Shown here: positions 1 through 10,191 of the stretch, piece after piece | Layout: the number at the start of each line of letters is the position of its first letter | Numbering within the stretch: the stretch's first letter is position 1 | NCBI GenBank assembly: GCA_035389045.1 | Contig: DAOORA010000053.1 | Coordinates: 1-32,903, forward strand | DNA: 32,903 bases | Direction: 5' to 3' | Source of the DNA: Bacteroidales bacterium | GTDB lineage: Bacteria; Bacteroidota; Bacteroidia; Bacteroidales; CAIWKO01 | The notes under the pieces: generated by a model | Seen by the model: only the letters and a program-made list of their open reading frames with translations | What the model was told of the DNA's origin: nothing | Databases searched by the model: none | Position numbers and translations under genes: made by a program

Positions 1-205
1 GCTAAAAAATCCATCATAAATCTTATGTAACATAAAATCAAAACAGTTTCTAAAGTAACCACACCGCCGGTATGCCTGATTTGTGTTTGCAGGAAAACCC
101 AAATTCTTCATTTATGGTATTACGAATAACTGTTTGGATTTTTACTAAATGACGCTTCTATTTCAAACATATGCCTAATCTTAATTTATTAATAAAAAAA
201 ATCAT

Positions 206-213
206 TATCTTTG
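206..213 (+). promoter_or_regulatory. Bacteroidota -7 promoter box (TATCTTTG) upstream of the C10 protease
   Basis: Matches the TAnnTTTG consensus, 65 nt before the ATG at 279 in AT-rich intergenic DNA. Confidence 0.6.
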
Positions 214-278
214 TGAACAATTTAAGCACAATAAAAAATATGTAATTAAAGATATATTAATCAATAAAACAAGATCGT

Positions 279-2786
279 ATGAAAACAAATCAATCCGGAA
301 ATTTCGTAAAAAAATTCCTTAAAACTTTATGGGCAGTGGTACTGGTCATGCTTTTTATGCCTGCTACTCAAGCTCAGTTCGTATCCGGCGAAAGAGCCAG
401 AATTGTTGCTAAAAATGTTTATAAAGAATGTTGTACCTCTGAAGAAAAAGCACAAAGCAGTGTTTCGATTCTCAATGAGAAAACACATTTTGTCAATGAA
501 GTCCCTGCGTTTTACATTTTTAATATTCAGGAAGGCGGTTTTGTTCTGGTTTCTTCGGATGAGCGGATAGAGCCGGTATTGGGCTATGCACATGAAGGCG
601 TTTTTGATATAAACGACCTTCCCTGTTGCCTCGGATGGATGATAGATCAATACAGTAACCAGATTTATGAAGTGATTTCCGATGATCCAAACAATCATAA
701 TTATGAAGTCAACGAAAACTGGGCAAAATATGAAAACCCGGATTTCCACAAATCAACACAGAAAATGCTTGCAGTATCACCGCTGACTACCACCACGTGG
801 TCGCAGGGATGTTACTATAACGCAATGTGCCCTGCAGATCCGTCATTAGGGACAACCCGATGCGGCAGATGTCCCACAGGCTGTGTTGCCACCGCATTTG
901 CACAGGTGTTAAAATATTATAATTTCCCTGCCCAGGGTGTTGGTTCAAAATCATATACACACGATACTTACGGAACCATTTCTGCCAACTTTGCAGCCAC
1001 AACATATAACTGGGCTTCCATGCCCAACAAACTCCTTTCTGACAATCAGGCGACGGCCACACTCCTGTTTCATGCTGGCGTTTCCATCAATATGGATTAC
1101 GGTCCTAATGGTTCGTCAGCTTACACTACAGATGTCAGAAAAGCCCTGGTCAATACATTTAAATATGCATCATCAACACAATATGTATATAAAACTTCCT
1201 ATTCTGACGCTCAGTGGACTTCCCTGGTCAAAGCCGAACTGGATGCACAGCGGGTGGTGCTTATCAATGGATATGACGAAGCGGCAAAAGCAGGACACGG
1301 ATTTGTCTGCGACGGTTATGACGCCACCAATCATTTTCATATCAACTGGGGATGGAACGGAAGCAGTGACGGATATTTTCTTTTGACCGCACTCAGCCCG
1401 TCATCTTATTCATTTAATTCTTCCGTGGGCGCTATTATAGGAATCACACCATCTACTACGGCATGTGCCTGTTCAGGACAGCAAACCTTATCAGCCACAA
1501 CAGGCACCGTAACCGATGGCAGCGGTTCAAACAACTATGCAAACAATCTGGATTGCAAATGGCTTATTAAACCAGCCAATGTGGGTTCCGTTACTCTTAC
1601 TTTTACCGCTTTTAACACGGAATCCAACTACGACTTTGTAAAAGTTTATAACGGCGAAACCACCTCCTCGCCATTATTAGGATCCTACAGTGGCACCACC
1701 CTGCCTCCACAACTTACGGCTTCTTCAGGAAAAATGCTGATCCATTTCACTTCGGATAATTCAACGGTAAAGGCAGGCTGGAGCGCCAATTACACCGGAA
1801 ACGCCATTACCACCTACTGCTCCGGAACCACCACGCTGAATGCGGCATCGGGAACAGTAAACGATGGCAGCGGAAGTAAAAACTACAGCAATAACTCTGA
1901 TTGTTACTGGCAGCTATCCCCACCCAATGCGGCTTCGGTAAAACTCACCTTCACATCCTTCAATACCGAAAGCGCCAACGACAAATTATACGTTTACAAC
2001 GGAACATCCACCAATGATCCTTTGCTGGGCACGTTCAGTGGCACAGCATTACCTTCTGCTGTCACGGCAAGCAGCGGAAAAATGCTGCTCCGGTTTGTCA
2101 CCAATGCTTCAGTGACCAAATCCGGATGGTCGGCAAAATACACCTCTACGGTGGCTTTTTGTTCAGGCACGACAACCTTAACTGCAAACAGCGGAACGAT
2201 CACGGATGGCAGTGGAAGCCAGTATTACGACAACAATGCCAACTGCAAATGGATTATCAAACCTACCGGAGCCAGTTCTGTCAAGCTTACCTTTACTGCT
2301 TTCAACACCGAATCGGGAGCTGATTTTGTAAAGGTATACAATGGAGAAACCACGTCTTCGCCGCTGTTGGGGACTTTCAGCGGAAGCACCATCCCTGCTG
2401 CCATTACGGCCAACTCAGGAAAAATGCTGGTTTGGTTTACCTCCAATGCATCCACTAAAAAACCGGGATTTACAGCCAATTACATAAAACTTTCAAAGGA
2501 TGTCGCCGGCATTGAATATGAAGAAGCAGAGGAAGATATCGTCAACATTTTCCCTAACCCCAATGACGGGCAATTCACGCTTAAATTCGCCGAATTGTCT
2601 GAAACGGGGTCATTAAGTATAATTGATTATTTAGGAAAAATCGTCTACCAAAGAGATATTCACAAATCAGATAGCGAAAACGAGATTTCACTCTCATTAA
2701 ACCTGGTTAATGGCCTTTATTGCCTGATTATAGACACCCCACAGGGCCGGACAAGTAAAAAAATCATAATAAGCAAGGGTAAGTGA
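279..2786 (+). CDS. C10-family (streptopain/SpeB-like) cysteine protease with propeptide, three CUB domains and T9SS C-terminal domain
   Basis: Signal peptide; Spi-like prodomain (FYIFN..GGFVLVSSDERIEPVLGY); WSQG, catalytic TGCVATAFAQ, GHGFVCDG and HINWGWNG motifs; three CUB repeats (DGSG..NY.NN.DC.W.I..F..FNTES..D.V.VYNG); C-terminal IFPNP...G.Y...KKIII. Confidence 0.92.
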   Translation: MKTNQSGNFVKKFLKTLWAVVLVMLFMPATQAQFVSGERARIVAKNVYKECCTSEEKAQSSVSILNEKTHFVNEVPAFYIFNIQEGGFVLVSSDERIEPVLGYAHEGVFDINDLPCCLGWMIDQYSNQIYEVISDDPNNHNYEVNENWAKYENPDFHKSTQKMLAVSPLTTTTWSQGCYYNAMCPADPSLGTTRCGRCPTGCVATAFAQVLKYYNFPAQGVGSKSYTHDTYGTISANFAATTYNWASMPNKLLSDNQATATLLFHAGVSINMDYGPNGSSAYTTDVRKALVNTFKYASSTQYVYKTSYSDAQWTSLVKAELDAQRVVLINGYDEAAKAGHGFVCDGYDATNHFHINWGWNGSSDGYFLLTALSPSSYSFNSSVGAIIGITPSTTACACSGQQTLSATTGTVTDGSGSNNYANNLDCKWLIKPANVGSVTLTFTAFNTESNYDFVKVYNGETTSSPLLGSYSGTTLPPQLTASSGKMLIHFTSDNSTVKAGWSANYTGNAITTYCSGTTTLNAASGTVNDGSGSKNYSNNSDCYWQLSPPNAASVKLTFTSFNTESANDKLYVYNGTSTNDPLLGTFSGTALPSAVTASSGKMLLRFVTNASVTKSGWSAKYTSTVAFCSGTTTLTANSGTITDGSGSQYYDNNANCKWIIKPTGASSVKLTFTAFNTESGADFVKVYNGETTSSPLLGTFSGSTIPAAITANSGKMLVWFTSNASTKKPGFTANYIKLSKDVAGIEYEEAEEDIVNIFPNPNDGQFTLKFAELSETGSLSIIDYLGKIVYQRDIHKSDSENEISLSLNLVNGLYCLIIDTPQGRTSKKIIISKGK

Positions 2787-2846
2787 TTATTAAACATAGT
2801 CAATAATCATCTATTTTTTATTAACAATAATGATACACCAGTACCA

Positions 2847-5465
2847 ATGAAAAGATTATTTTTTATTAGCCTGCTATTGGGAATAGCCCTTTCTGCTTAT
2901 GCACAAAATGCTAAAAAAGACGGAGCTACCCGTTGCACGGAAACAGAAAAAATGCCAGCCCAGTTAATTAAGAAAAACAATAAAAAACCACATACAATAA
3001 CCCGGGATAATACACCACTTCACAAGGCGGGCAATAAACCACAGCAAAAGAATATGTCTGTGAAAAGCAATGGCATGTGGGATGTTCAGTTCAGCCCCGA
3101 TGTTGCTATCGGAAGCGGTATCGAAACCGATGGCAGCCACTTTTTTGTATCACAATGGAACATGGATTCCATTTTTGTTTTCGATCTCAATGGCGCGGCA
3201 ACAGGTAAATTCAGAATTCCGGTTACCGGGATCAGGGATATGGCCTTTGACGGCACTTATTTTTATGGATCCAACGCATCCAATGTCATTTACAAAATGA
3301 ATTTTACCAGCCACCAGGTCGTTGATTCTATTATCTGCCCGGCATATATCAGTGTGCGACATATTGCCTACGACAATGTCAGCAATGGTTTTTGGGTCGG
3401 TGACTGGGATACGGATATATATTTGGTCAATCAATCGGGAACTGTCATTAACACTATTTCCGCTGCCGATCATGATCTTTACGGCATGTACGGATCAGCT
3501 TTTGACAACACCACCGCAGGCGGGCCTTATTTATGGATATTTGATCAGGGGGGCTACGGCTGCGACCTGGTGATGATAAAAATTTCCACAGGAAAGAAAA
3601 CCGGAATTATCCACGACTGCACGGAAGATGTTGCATCAAACCTGATGGACCCGGTTGCCGGAGGCCTTTTCATCAGAGCGAACCTCGTACCGGGAAAAGT
3701 CACTCTTGGCGGAATCCTGCAACACCAACGCATATTCGGTTATGATCTGGCCACGGTCGTGAAAACGAATGATGTCGGTGTCGAAGACATCCTCTCTCCA
3801 ATTCTGTCATCGGGTTGCACTATGAGCAGCAACGAAACCATCACTGTCAGGATTAGAAATTACGGGTTAAGCAGCGCTGGAAACTTCAATCTGCATATGA
3901 ACCTTAACGGTGTGGATTATAACAAAAATATTACCAATACCCTGAACAGTTTTGCCTACCTTGATGTCTCCTTTGCCGGAACATTTGATTTTTCGCAGCC
4001 ACTGGTTTATAAAATGGAGTTTAATACAACCTATACATCCGATCAAAACACTTCCAACGATACGGCCTACTATACGATTATCACCGGAAACGGCCTGATA
4101 ACCGTGGATATATTAACTGATTCCTACGCAAACGAAACCTACTGGGAGGTATATAATAATTTTACATACGATGTATACGGTTACCCGTATTATGAGATGG
4201 ATACCAACACTTTTTACAGTACGGATGTGTGTATTGATACAAATTTATGTTATGGATTTACCATTTTCGACAGCTATGGCGATGGAATATCGGCGCCGGG
4301 ATATTATGAAGTATTCTTTAATGGAAATTCGGTGGCTTATCAGGATAGTTTTACAACTCTTTTTGAAGAAGTTCCTTACATCGGGTATTGCGACTATGCA
4401 GATGTCGGCATCACCGGAATTATCTCTCCCGTATCTTCCTGCAATTTAACCAATGAGGAACTTGTGACGGTGGTAGTGAAAAACTTTGGTACACAAACTG
4501 TTGACAGCGCCGAAGTGGCTTTTACCATAGGAGGCAGCACCTTTGTTGAACCCTTGCCCTTTTCACTTAACTCACAGGAAGAAATAGAATATACTTTTAT
4601 CAATCTTTGTGACCTTTCAGTTCTGGGGATGCACGACCTAACCGCCTACAGCGTGCTGAATGCGGACATGAATTCCCTGAATGATACTGTTTCGTACGAT
4701 GTTGAATACTACACTCCGGCAAATATGCCTTACGTGGTTGATTTTGAAAACGACGCCGTGAATGCACAATTGCTTATCGAAGACGAAAACCAGGATTATT
4801 TTTCATGGTCATTGTATAATACCGGAGGCGTTGGCCATTCAAGCTGTGCACTTTATTCTTTCAACCCGAATGAACCCGCCAATGACTGGTTGTTTTCTAA
4901 ATGTATCGAATTAACGCAGGGCGAGGATTATGTCCTGAATTTCTATTACAAGGCCGAATCTCCCGCCTATCCCGAAAAATTAAAAGTGCATCTCAGTGCA
5001 GCGCCATTTTCAGCTGCAACATTTACCGACCCCATCATTGATCTGCCCAATATTTCCGACACATCCTATACCCTTGCCAGCGTGCCGTTTGATGTGGATG
5101 ATGAGGGAAGCGGAAACTACTTCCTGGGATTCAATGTTTACAGCGACCTGAGCGGATGGAATCTCTATCTCGATGATATTTCTGTTTCATATCCGGCGGA
5201 TATTTCTGAAATAAACGAACAGAAAAAACAGTTCATGGTTTATCCCAATCCTGCATCTGCTTCATTGACCATAACCCAGATTTCAGGCTTTTCCAAAAAA
5301 GAAAATATGCTGTATGTTTACAACATCCAGGGACAGTTGCTTATGCAACAAATGTTCAATACGTTTAAGACGGATATTGATATTCATAACCTCGAAAATG
5401 GTTTATACCTATTAAAAATCGAAAATGATGAAGGGGTCTGCCTGAAAAAATTTGTTAAGAATTAA
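2847..5465 (+). CDS. Large secreted T9SS-sorted surface protein (beta-propeller-like N-terminus, CARDB/Ig-like repeats, choice-of-anchor-J-like domain)
   Basis: Signal peptide; two DVG...I.SP..SC....E..TV...N.G repeats; ANDWLFS..I.L...Y.L.FYY and LYLDDISV motifs; C-terminal VYPNPA...GLYLLKI..KKFVK. Confidence 0.8.
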   Translation: MKRLFFISLLLGIALSAYAQNAKKDGATRCTETEKMPAQLIKKNNKKPHTITRDNTPLHKAGNKPQQKNMSVKSNGMWDVQFSPDVAIGSGIETDGSHFFVSQWNMDSIFVFDLNGAATGKFRIPVTGIRDMAFDGTYFYGSNASNVIYKMNFTSHQVVDSIICPAYISVRHIAYDNVSNGFWVGDWDTDIYLVNQSGTVINTISAADHDLYGMYGSAFDNTTAGGPYLWIFDQGGYGCDLVMIKISTGKKTGIIHDCTEDVASNLMDPVAGGLFIRANLVPGKVTLGGILQHQRIFGYDLATVVKTNDVGVEDILSPILSSGCTMSSNETITVRIRNYGLSSAGNFNLHMNLNGVDYNKNITNTLNSFAYLDVSFAGTFDFSQPLVYKMEFNTTYTSDQNTSNDTAYYTIITGNGLITVDILTDSYANETYWEVYNNFTYDVYGYPYYEMDTNTFYSTDVCIDTNLCYGFTIFDSYGDGISAPGYYEVFFNGNSVAYQDSFTTLFEEVPYIGYCDYADVGITGIISPVSSCNLTNEELVTVVVKNFGTQTVDSAEVAFTIGGSTFVEPLPFSLNSQEEIEYTFINLCDLSVLGMHDLTAYSVLNADMNSLNDTVSYDVEYYTPANMPYVVDFENDAVNAQLLIEDENQDYFSWSLYNTGGVGHSSCALYSFNPNEPANDWLFSKCIELTQGEDYVLNFYYKAESPAYPEKLKVHLSAAPFSAATFTDPIIDLPNISDTSYTLASVPFDVDDEGSGNYFLGFNVYSDLSGWNLYLDDISVSYPADISEINEQKKQFMVYPNPASASLTITQISGFSKKENMLYVYNIQGQLLMQQMFNTFKTDIDIHNLENGLYLLKIENDEGVCLKKFVKN

Positions 5466-5522
5466 TTCCTCCGTTAAACCGTTCCTCCTAAGAGATAAAA
5501 TCTTTGGATTATTTGTACGAAT

Positions 5523-5557
5523 AAGGGCGAAAAACAAATTTTGTTTTTCGCCCTTTT
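5523..5557 (+). terminator. Intrinsic terminator hairpin
   Basis: AAGGGCGAAAAACAAA / TTTGTTTTTCGCCCTT perfect inverted repeat ending in a T-run, 57 nt after the stop of the 872-aa gene. Confidence 0.75.
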
Positions 5558-5683
5558 GCTATGCAACAGTGATTTCAATTTTTTTGTTAATTTTGTTAAG
5601 ATCCTGTAAGCAAGGTTATGAATTAAGAAAAAACATACGTGCAACAAAAAAATATTATAACATTCCAAAAACATTATCTCTGT

Positions 5684-6841
5684 ATGAAACGATCATTTTC
5701 TCTATTCATTGCTGTAATCATAGCCGTGCCACTATTAGCACAATACGGGATTGGGCACAGGACTGTTTCTTACCAGGATCCGGCCAGAAGTAACCGTAAC
5801 ATTCAAAGCGAGATTTATTATCCGGCGGCTTCCTCAGGCGAAAATGTGGCCATAGCCGTTGGGCAGTTTCCGGTGATTGTTTACGGACACGGATTTGTCA
5901 TGGGAGTATCATCTTACGAAAACATTTGGACAACCCTGGCGCCCCTGGGATATATTCTGGTTTTCCCGGCTACGGAAGGCGGCACATCACCCAGCCATGC
6001 GGATTTTGGAGACGATCTGGCATTTTTGATCAATAAACTAAAAACCGAAGGCATTAATTCGGCTTCACCGTTTTATAATTCTGTTGGAGCCACCTCGGCG
6101 ATCATGGGGCACTCCATGGGAGGTGGAGCGTCGTTTCTTGCCTGCGAAAACAATACAGTTCCAACGGTAATGGTAACCTATGCGGCCGCTAACACTAACC
6201 CGCCATCGATAGCTGCCGCGGCCAATGTAAGCATACCTGCATTGGTCTTTGCAGGCAGCGATGATTGCGTAGCGCCGCCCTCAAACCACCAGTTATTGAT
6301 GTATAACGCACTTGGCAGTCAATGCAAAACATATATCAGCATCAACGATGGCGGCCATTGCTACTTCGCCAACTATAACCTGTTGTGCACCCTGGGCGAA
6401 GAATCCTGCTCGCCCGGAGGCGTTCCGCTCAGCCGCAGCGAACAGCAAGCCGTCACCATGGATTTTGTTATACCCTACCTGGACTTTTTTCTGAAAGGCA
6501 ACACTACATCGTGGTACACTTTCGTAGACAAATTAGATACTTCCGGACAAATCACCTATCAAAAAAGTTGCAACATAAATCCAACCACTGTTTCAGAGCC
6601 TTCAATTTCAAAAGTGAGTGTTTATTATAACCCTGCCGTTGAGCAACTTGTTGTTTTCCGGTCAGATGATAGTCTTATTCGGATAGAAATTACTGATTTA
6701 ACAGGGCGCATTGTAAAAAAGTTTATGACCACACAACCTCGGGAAGTTATAAATATCCGAGAATTAAGAAGTGGTATTTATATGGTTAAAACATATAATC
6801 CCGATGGAAAAATATACACAAATAGGTTTATAAGGTTTTAA
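5684..6841 (+). CDS. Secreted alpha/beta hydrolase (chlorophyllase/cutinase/dienelactone-hydrolase-like) with T9SS C-terminal domain
   Basis: ATG at 5684 gives a signal peptide (MKRSFSLFIAVIIAVPLLAQ); HGF oxyanion motif, GHSMGGG nucleophile, GSDDCVA Asp, GGHCYF His; C-terminal DLTGRIV...SGIYMVK. Confidence 0.85.
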   Translation: MKRSFSLFIAVIIAVPLLAQYGIGHRTVSYQDPARSNRNIQSEIYYPAASSGENVAIAVGQFPVIVYGHGFVMGVSSYENIWTTLAPLGYILVFPATEGGTSPSHADFGDDLAFLINKLKTEGINSASPFYNSVGATSAIMGHSMGGGASFLACENNTVPTVMVTYAAANTNPPSIAAAANVSIPALVFAGSDDCVAPPSNHQLLMYNALGSQCKTYISINDGGHCYFANYNLLCTLGEESCSPGGVPLSRSEQQAVTMDFVIPYLDFFLKGNTTSWYTFVDKLDTSGQITYQKSCNINPTTVSEPSISKVSVYYNPAVEQLVVFRSDDSLIRIEITDLTGRIVKKFMTTQPREVINIRELRSGIYMVKTYNPDGKIYTNRFIRF

Positions 6842-7120
6842 AACATATGATCACGGTTAGATACCATTGTTAGCCATCATCGGATTTTTGGCATTTTTAG
6901 CATTTTTGTGCTGTTTGAATTGGTCTCAGAAAACCTTTGCGTTTCCTTTGTCTAACCTTTGCCTGTGGAATATTTTTTTTGAACCAGAACAAAATCAATA
7001 GTCCCGAAAATGTCCGCAGCGACAGACACAAAAGAATGTTCTTACAAATTATGTATTTTCAGACACGTTCATTGCATTTTTTTTAAAATTCTTCTTATTT
7101 CATAAAAAATCTGTATTTTT

Positions 7121-7160
7121 ACCACCTGGTTAAACCGTATAATTAAATCACCTGGTCAAT
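7121..7160. promoter_or_regulatory. Probable TetR operator
   Basis: CACCTGGT repeated at 7123-7130 and 7149-7156 with TTAA-bounded imperfect palindromes directly before the tetR ATG. Confidence 0.45.
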
Positions 7161-7161
7161 C

Positions 7162-7776
7162 ATGAAAGAACAGCCCAACAATACGCAACAGATCATATTT
7201 GAAGCGGCAAAAAAAGTCTTTATTGAAAGAGGTTTCGACGGAGCCCGAATGCAGCAGATCGCCGATGAAGCAGGAATAAACAAGGCTTTGTTACATTATT
7301 ATTACCGCAGTAAAGACAGACTGTTCGATGCGATTTTTGCCGATGCCTTCATCAGGTTTTTACCCAACATATCAGATATTATGATGTCGGATGATCCGTT
7401 TGAGATTAAAATAAAACTATTTGTCAGACACTACATCGACTTGCTGATTGACAATCCTCATCTGCCGGTGTTTGTCATGCACGAAATACAGAGAAAACCC
7501 GAAATGATCATTAAAATCATACGGCGGTCAGGAATAAACCCGGCCGTTGCCGCAGGTAAACTTCAACAAGAAATTGATGAGGGAAAAATCAGGCCAATAC
7601 CCTTACAACACCTGATTATCAATATGATAGGCCTGTGCGTATTTCCATTTATCGGAAGACCGATACTCGAAGGTTTTGTGTTTACGGGAAATAAAGAAGC
7701 TTACGACCGTTTTCTGGAAGATCGTAAGACTATGGTTGCAGATTTCATTATTAATTCAATCAGAAAAAGTAACTGA
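7162..7776 (+). CDS. TetR/AcrR-family transcriptional regulator
   Basis: IFEAAKKVFIERGFDGARMQQIADEAGINKALLHYYYRSKDRLF helix-turn-helix signature. Confidence 0.95.
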   Translation: MKEQPNNTQQIIFEAAKKVFIERGFDGARMQQIADEAGINKALLHYYYRSKDRLFDAIFADAFIRFLPNISDIMMSDDPFEIKIKLFVRHYIDLLIDNPHLPVFVMHEIQRKPEMIIKIIRRSGINPAVAAGKLQQEIDEGKIRPIPLQHLIINMIGLCVFPFIGRPILEGFVFTGNKEAYDRFLEDRKTMVADFIINSIRKSN

Positions 7777-7780
7777 TGCT

Positions 7781-9049
7781 ATGAAAAAAATATTGCTGTT
7801 ATTTTCTTTTTTTTCCAGTACGGCGCTATTGGCTCAGCAGCCCGACACCATAAACCTGGACTATTGTCAGCAGTTGGCGATGGACAATTACCCGCTCATC
7901 AAACAAAAAGACCTGCTGTCGGAAGCCTCCGCACTGAAAATCAAGAACCTTAATACGGCTTACCTGCCGCAGATATCACTCAACGGGCAGGCAACCTACC
8001 AGTCGGCTGTCACTGAAATTCCGCAGATCAGTCCGTTGTTTGATTTTCCTTCGATGAGCCAAGACCAGTACAAGATCACACTTGATGTTAATCAGATGAT
8101 CTGGGACGGAGGCGCCACCGCTGCACAAAAAAAACTGGAAACCAGCAACCTGAAAGCAGAACAGTTTAATACCGACGTGGAGATTGCCAAAATCAAAGAA
8201 CGGATAAACCTGATTTATTTCAACATATTACTGGCACAACAGCACGCAAAAGTGGTCGGGAACATTCAGGATGAACTACGATCAAAATTAACAAAGTCTG
8301 AAGCTTCTGTGAGAAATGAAGTCCTGCTGCAAAGCACTGCGGATGTGCTGAAAGCCGAAATAATAAAAACTGAACAACAGCTTATTGAAATCAATAACTC
8401 AAAAAATGCATCACTGAAGATGCTTTCGGAATATCTGAACCGCCCTGTTCATGAGTATACTATATTGAAATATCCAGAAGATATCATTACAGAAACTACC
8501 TACGACAACAAACGTCCGGAAATGCATTTGTTCGACCAGCAGATGAACAAACTCGAGGTTTCCAAAAGTCTGGCAAACACCAAAGTTATGCCCCGTTTTA
8601 TGGCTTTCGGACAAGGTGGTTACGGCAGGCCGGGATTTAACATGCTGTCCGACGATTTTGAATTTTTCGGCATAGCAGGTATAAAAATGAGCTGGAATAT
8701 TTCAGGCTTTTACCAGTCAGGCCGCGAGAAACGCATCATTGATATTCAGAAAAATATTTTGAACACGCAAAAAGAAACATTTGATAAAAATCTTAAAGTT
8801 TCTTCACAAAAAGACGCTGCCGATATCCTTAAATACAAACAACTCATAAGTAAAGATGAAGAGATCATCGCTCTCCGGCAGAATATTACCAAAACAGCAT
8901 CCTCGCAATTAGAAAATGGCGTGATCACAGCAACCGAATACACCACGGAACTGAATGCCGAAATGCAGGCAAAATTCAACCTTGAACTACATAAAATACA
9001 GATGAAAATGGCGGAAATAAATTATCTTACAAGTATGGGAAAACTTTAG
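7781..9049 (+). CDS. TolC-family outer membrane efflux protein
   Basis: ATG at 7781 gives a signal peptide (MKKILLLFSFFSSTALLAQ); YLPQISLNGQATYQS, VNQMIWDGG and RPE motifs; operon context. Confidence 0.9.
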   Translation: MKKILLLFSFFSSTALLAQQPDTINLDYCQQLAMDNYPLIKQKDLLSEASALKIKNLNTAYLPQISLNGQATYQSAVTEIPQISPLFDFPSMSQDQYKITLDVNQMIWDGGATAAQKKLETSNLKAEQFNTDVEIAKIKERINLIYFNILLAQQHAKVVGNIQDELRSKLTKSEASVRNEVLLQSTADVLKAEIIKTEQQLIEINNSKNASLKMLSEYLNRPVHEYTILKYPEDIITETTYDNKRPEMHLFDQQMNKLEVSKSLANTKVMPRFMAFGQGGYGRPGFNMLSDDFEFFGIAGIKMSWNISGFYQSGREKRIIDIQKNILNTQKETFDKNLKVSSQKDAADILKYKQLISKDEEIIALRQNITKTASSQLENGVITATEYTTELNAEMQAKFNLELHKIQMKMAEINYLTSMGKL

Positions 9050-9082
9050 GAAGTCAGAAGTCAGAAGCCGGAATGTAGAAGT
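9050..9082 (+). repeat. Heptamer tandem repeat (GAAGTCA/GAAGCCG family)
   Basis: gaagtca gaagtca gaagccg gaatgta gaagt directly after the tolC stop. Confidence 0.7.
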
Positions 9083-9111
9083 AAAAAAAGTATAAAAAAA
9101 TACATATTAAA

Positions 9112-9996
9112 ATGAAAAAATATTTGTTAATCATCAGTATTGCAGTCTTAACAGCATGTTCAGGCAGGAACGACAAGTCGGATGCTTATGGTAATTTTGA
9201 AGCCGACGAGACAATTATTTCTTCTGAAGTCAGCGGAAAAATTCTTCAACTGGCTCTTGAAGAAGGACAGGAAACAAAAGAGGGAACGCCCATCGGCTTG
9301 GTGGATACCACCGATTACCAGCTAAAAAAAGAACAACTGACGGCGCAACGCAATGCCATTTCAACGAAATCGGCGAATATTGCATCACAGATCGAAGTGC
9401 AGTTCCAGCAAAAAAGCAACCTGCTTACCGATAAAGCCCGTATTGAAAAACTCTATAAAGAAGGCGCAGCCACAAAAAAACAGCTTGATGATATCAACGG
9501 CGCCATCAGCCTGGTGGACAAACAAATGAAATCCATCGAAACACAAAATTCCGGTATTGCTGATGAGATACTAACACTCGACAAACAAATCGACCAGATA
9601 AACCTGAATATTAAAAAATGTCATCTCACCAGCCCTGTTTCAGGAACCATTTTGAATAAATACATTCAGGCCGGCGAACTGGTAATTCCGGGCAAAGCGC
9701 TTTTCAAAATTGCCGACCTCAGCAGTGTTTTTCTGAGGTCCTATATCAGTGAATCACAATTAGCAAATGTAAAACTCGGGCAAAAGGTTGAAGTGCTTAT
9801 CGATAAAGGTGAAGACAATACTGCAAAATATGAAGGTACCGTCACGTGGATATCATCATCAGCTGAGTTTACCCCAAAAATAATTCAGACCAAAGAAGAA
9901 CGGGTGAACCTGGTTTATGCGATAAAAATAAAAGTAAAGAACGACGGGGCTTTGAAAATCGGAATGCCGGGAGAGGTTAAATTTAATAGCAAATGA
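9112..9996 (+). CDS. HlyD-family efflux periplasmic adaptor (lipoprotein, YbhG-like)
   Basis: Lipobox LTAC; GNFEA.E.IISSEVSGKI; coiled coil; SPVSGTI; AEFTPKIIQTKEERVNLVYAIK; LKIGMPGEV. Confidence 0.93.
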   Translation: MKKYLLIISIAVLTACSGRNDKSDAYGNFEADETIISSEVSGKILQLALEEGQETKEGTPIGLVDTTDYQLKKEQLTAQRNAISTKSANIASQIEVQFQQKSNLLTDKARIEKLYKEGAATKKQLDDINGAISLVDKQMKSIETQNSGIADEILTLDKQIDQINLNIKKCHLTSPVSGTILNKYIQAGELVIPGKALFKIADLSSVFLRSYISESQLANVKLGQKVEVLIDKGEDNTAKYEGTVTWISSSAEFTPKIIQTKEERVNLVYAIKIKVKNDGALKIGMPGEVKFNSK

Positions 9997-10004
9997 AGAG
10001 TTTA

Positions 10005-10067
10005 GAAGTCAGAAGCCGGAAGCCGAAAGTAGGAGGCCGAAAGCCGAAAGCCGGAAGTTAGAATTGA
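10005..10067 (+). repeat. Heptamer tandem repeat, nine degenerate units (GAAGCCG/AAAGCCG)
   Basis: gaagtca gaagccg gaagccg aaagtag gaggccg aaagccg aaagccg gaagtta gaattga. Confidence 0.75.
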
Positions 10068-10191
10068 AGGATTTTGAAAATAATTTCTCTGTGAAAATAA
10101 AAAATACAAAAACTAATTGACCAAATCAACTAATTAACTTAATTAACTTGTTTAACTCAATCACTCACTTAACCCAATCCTCCCCCAGCGA

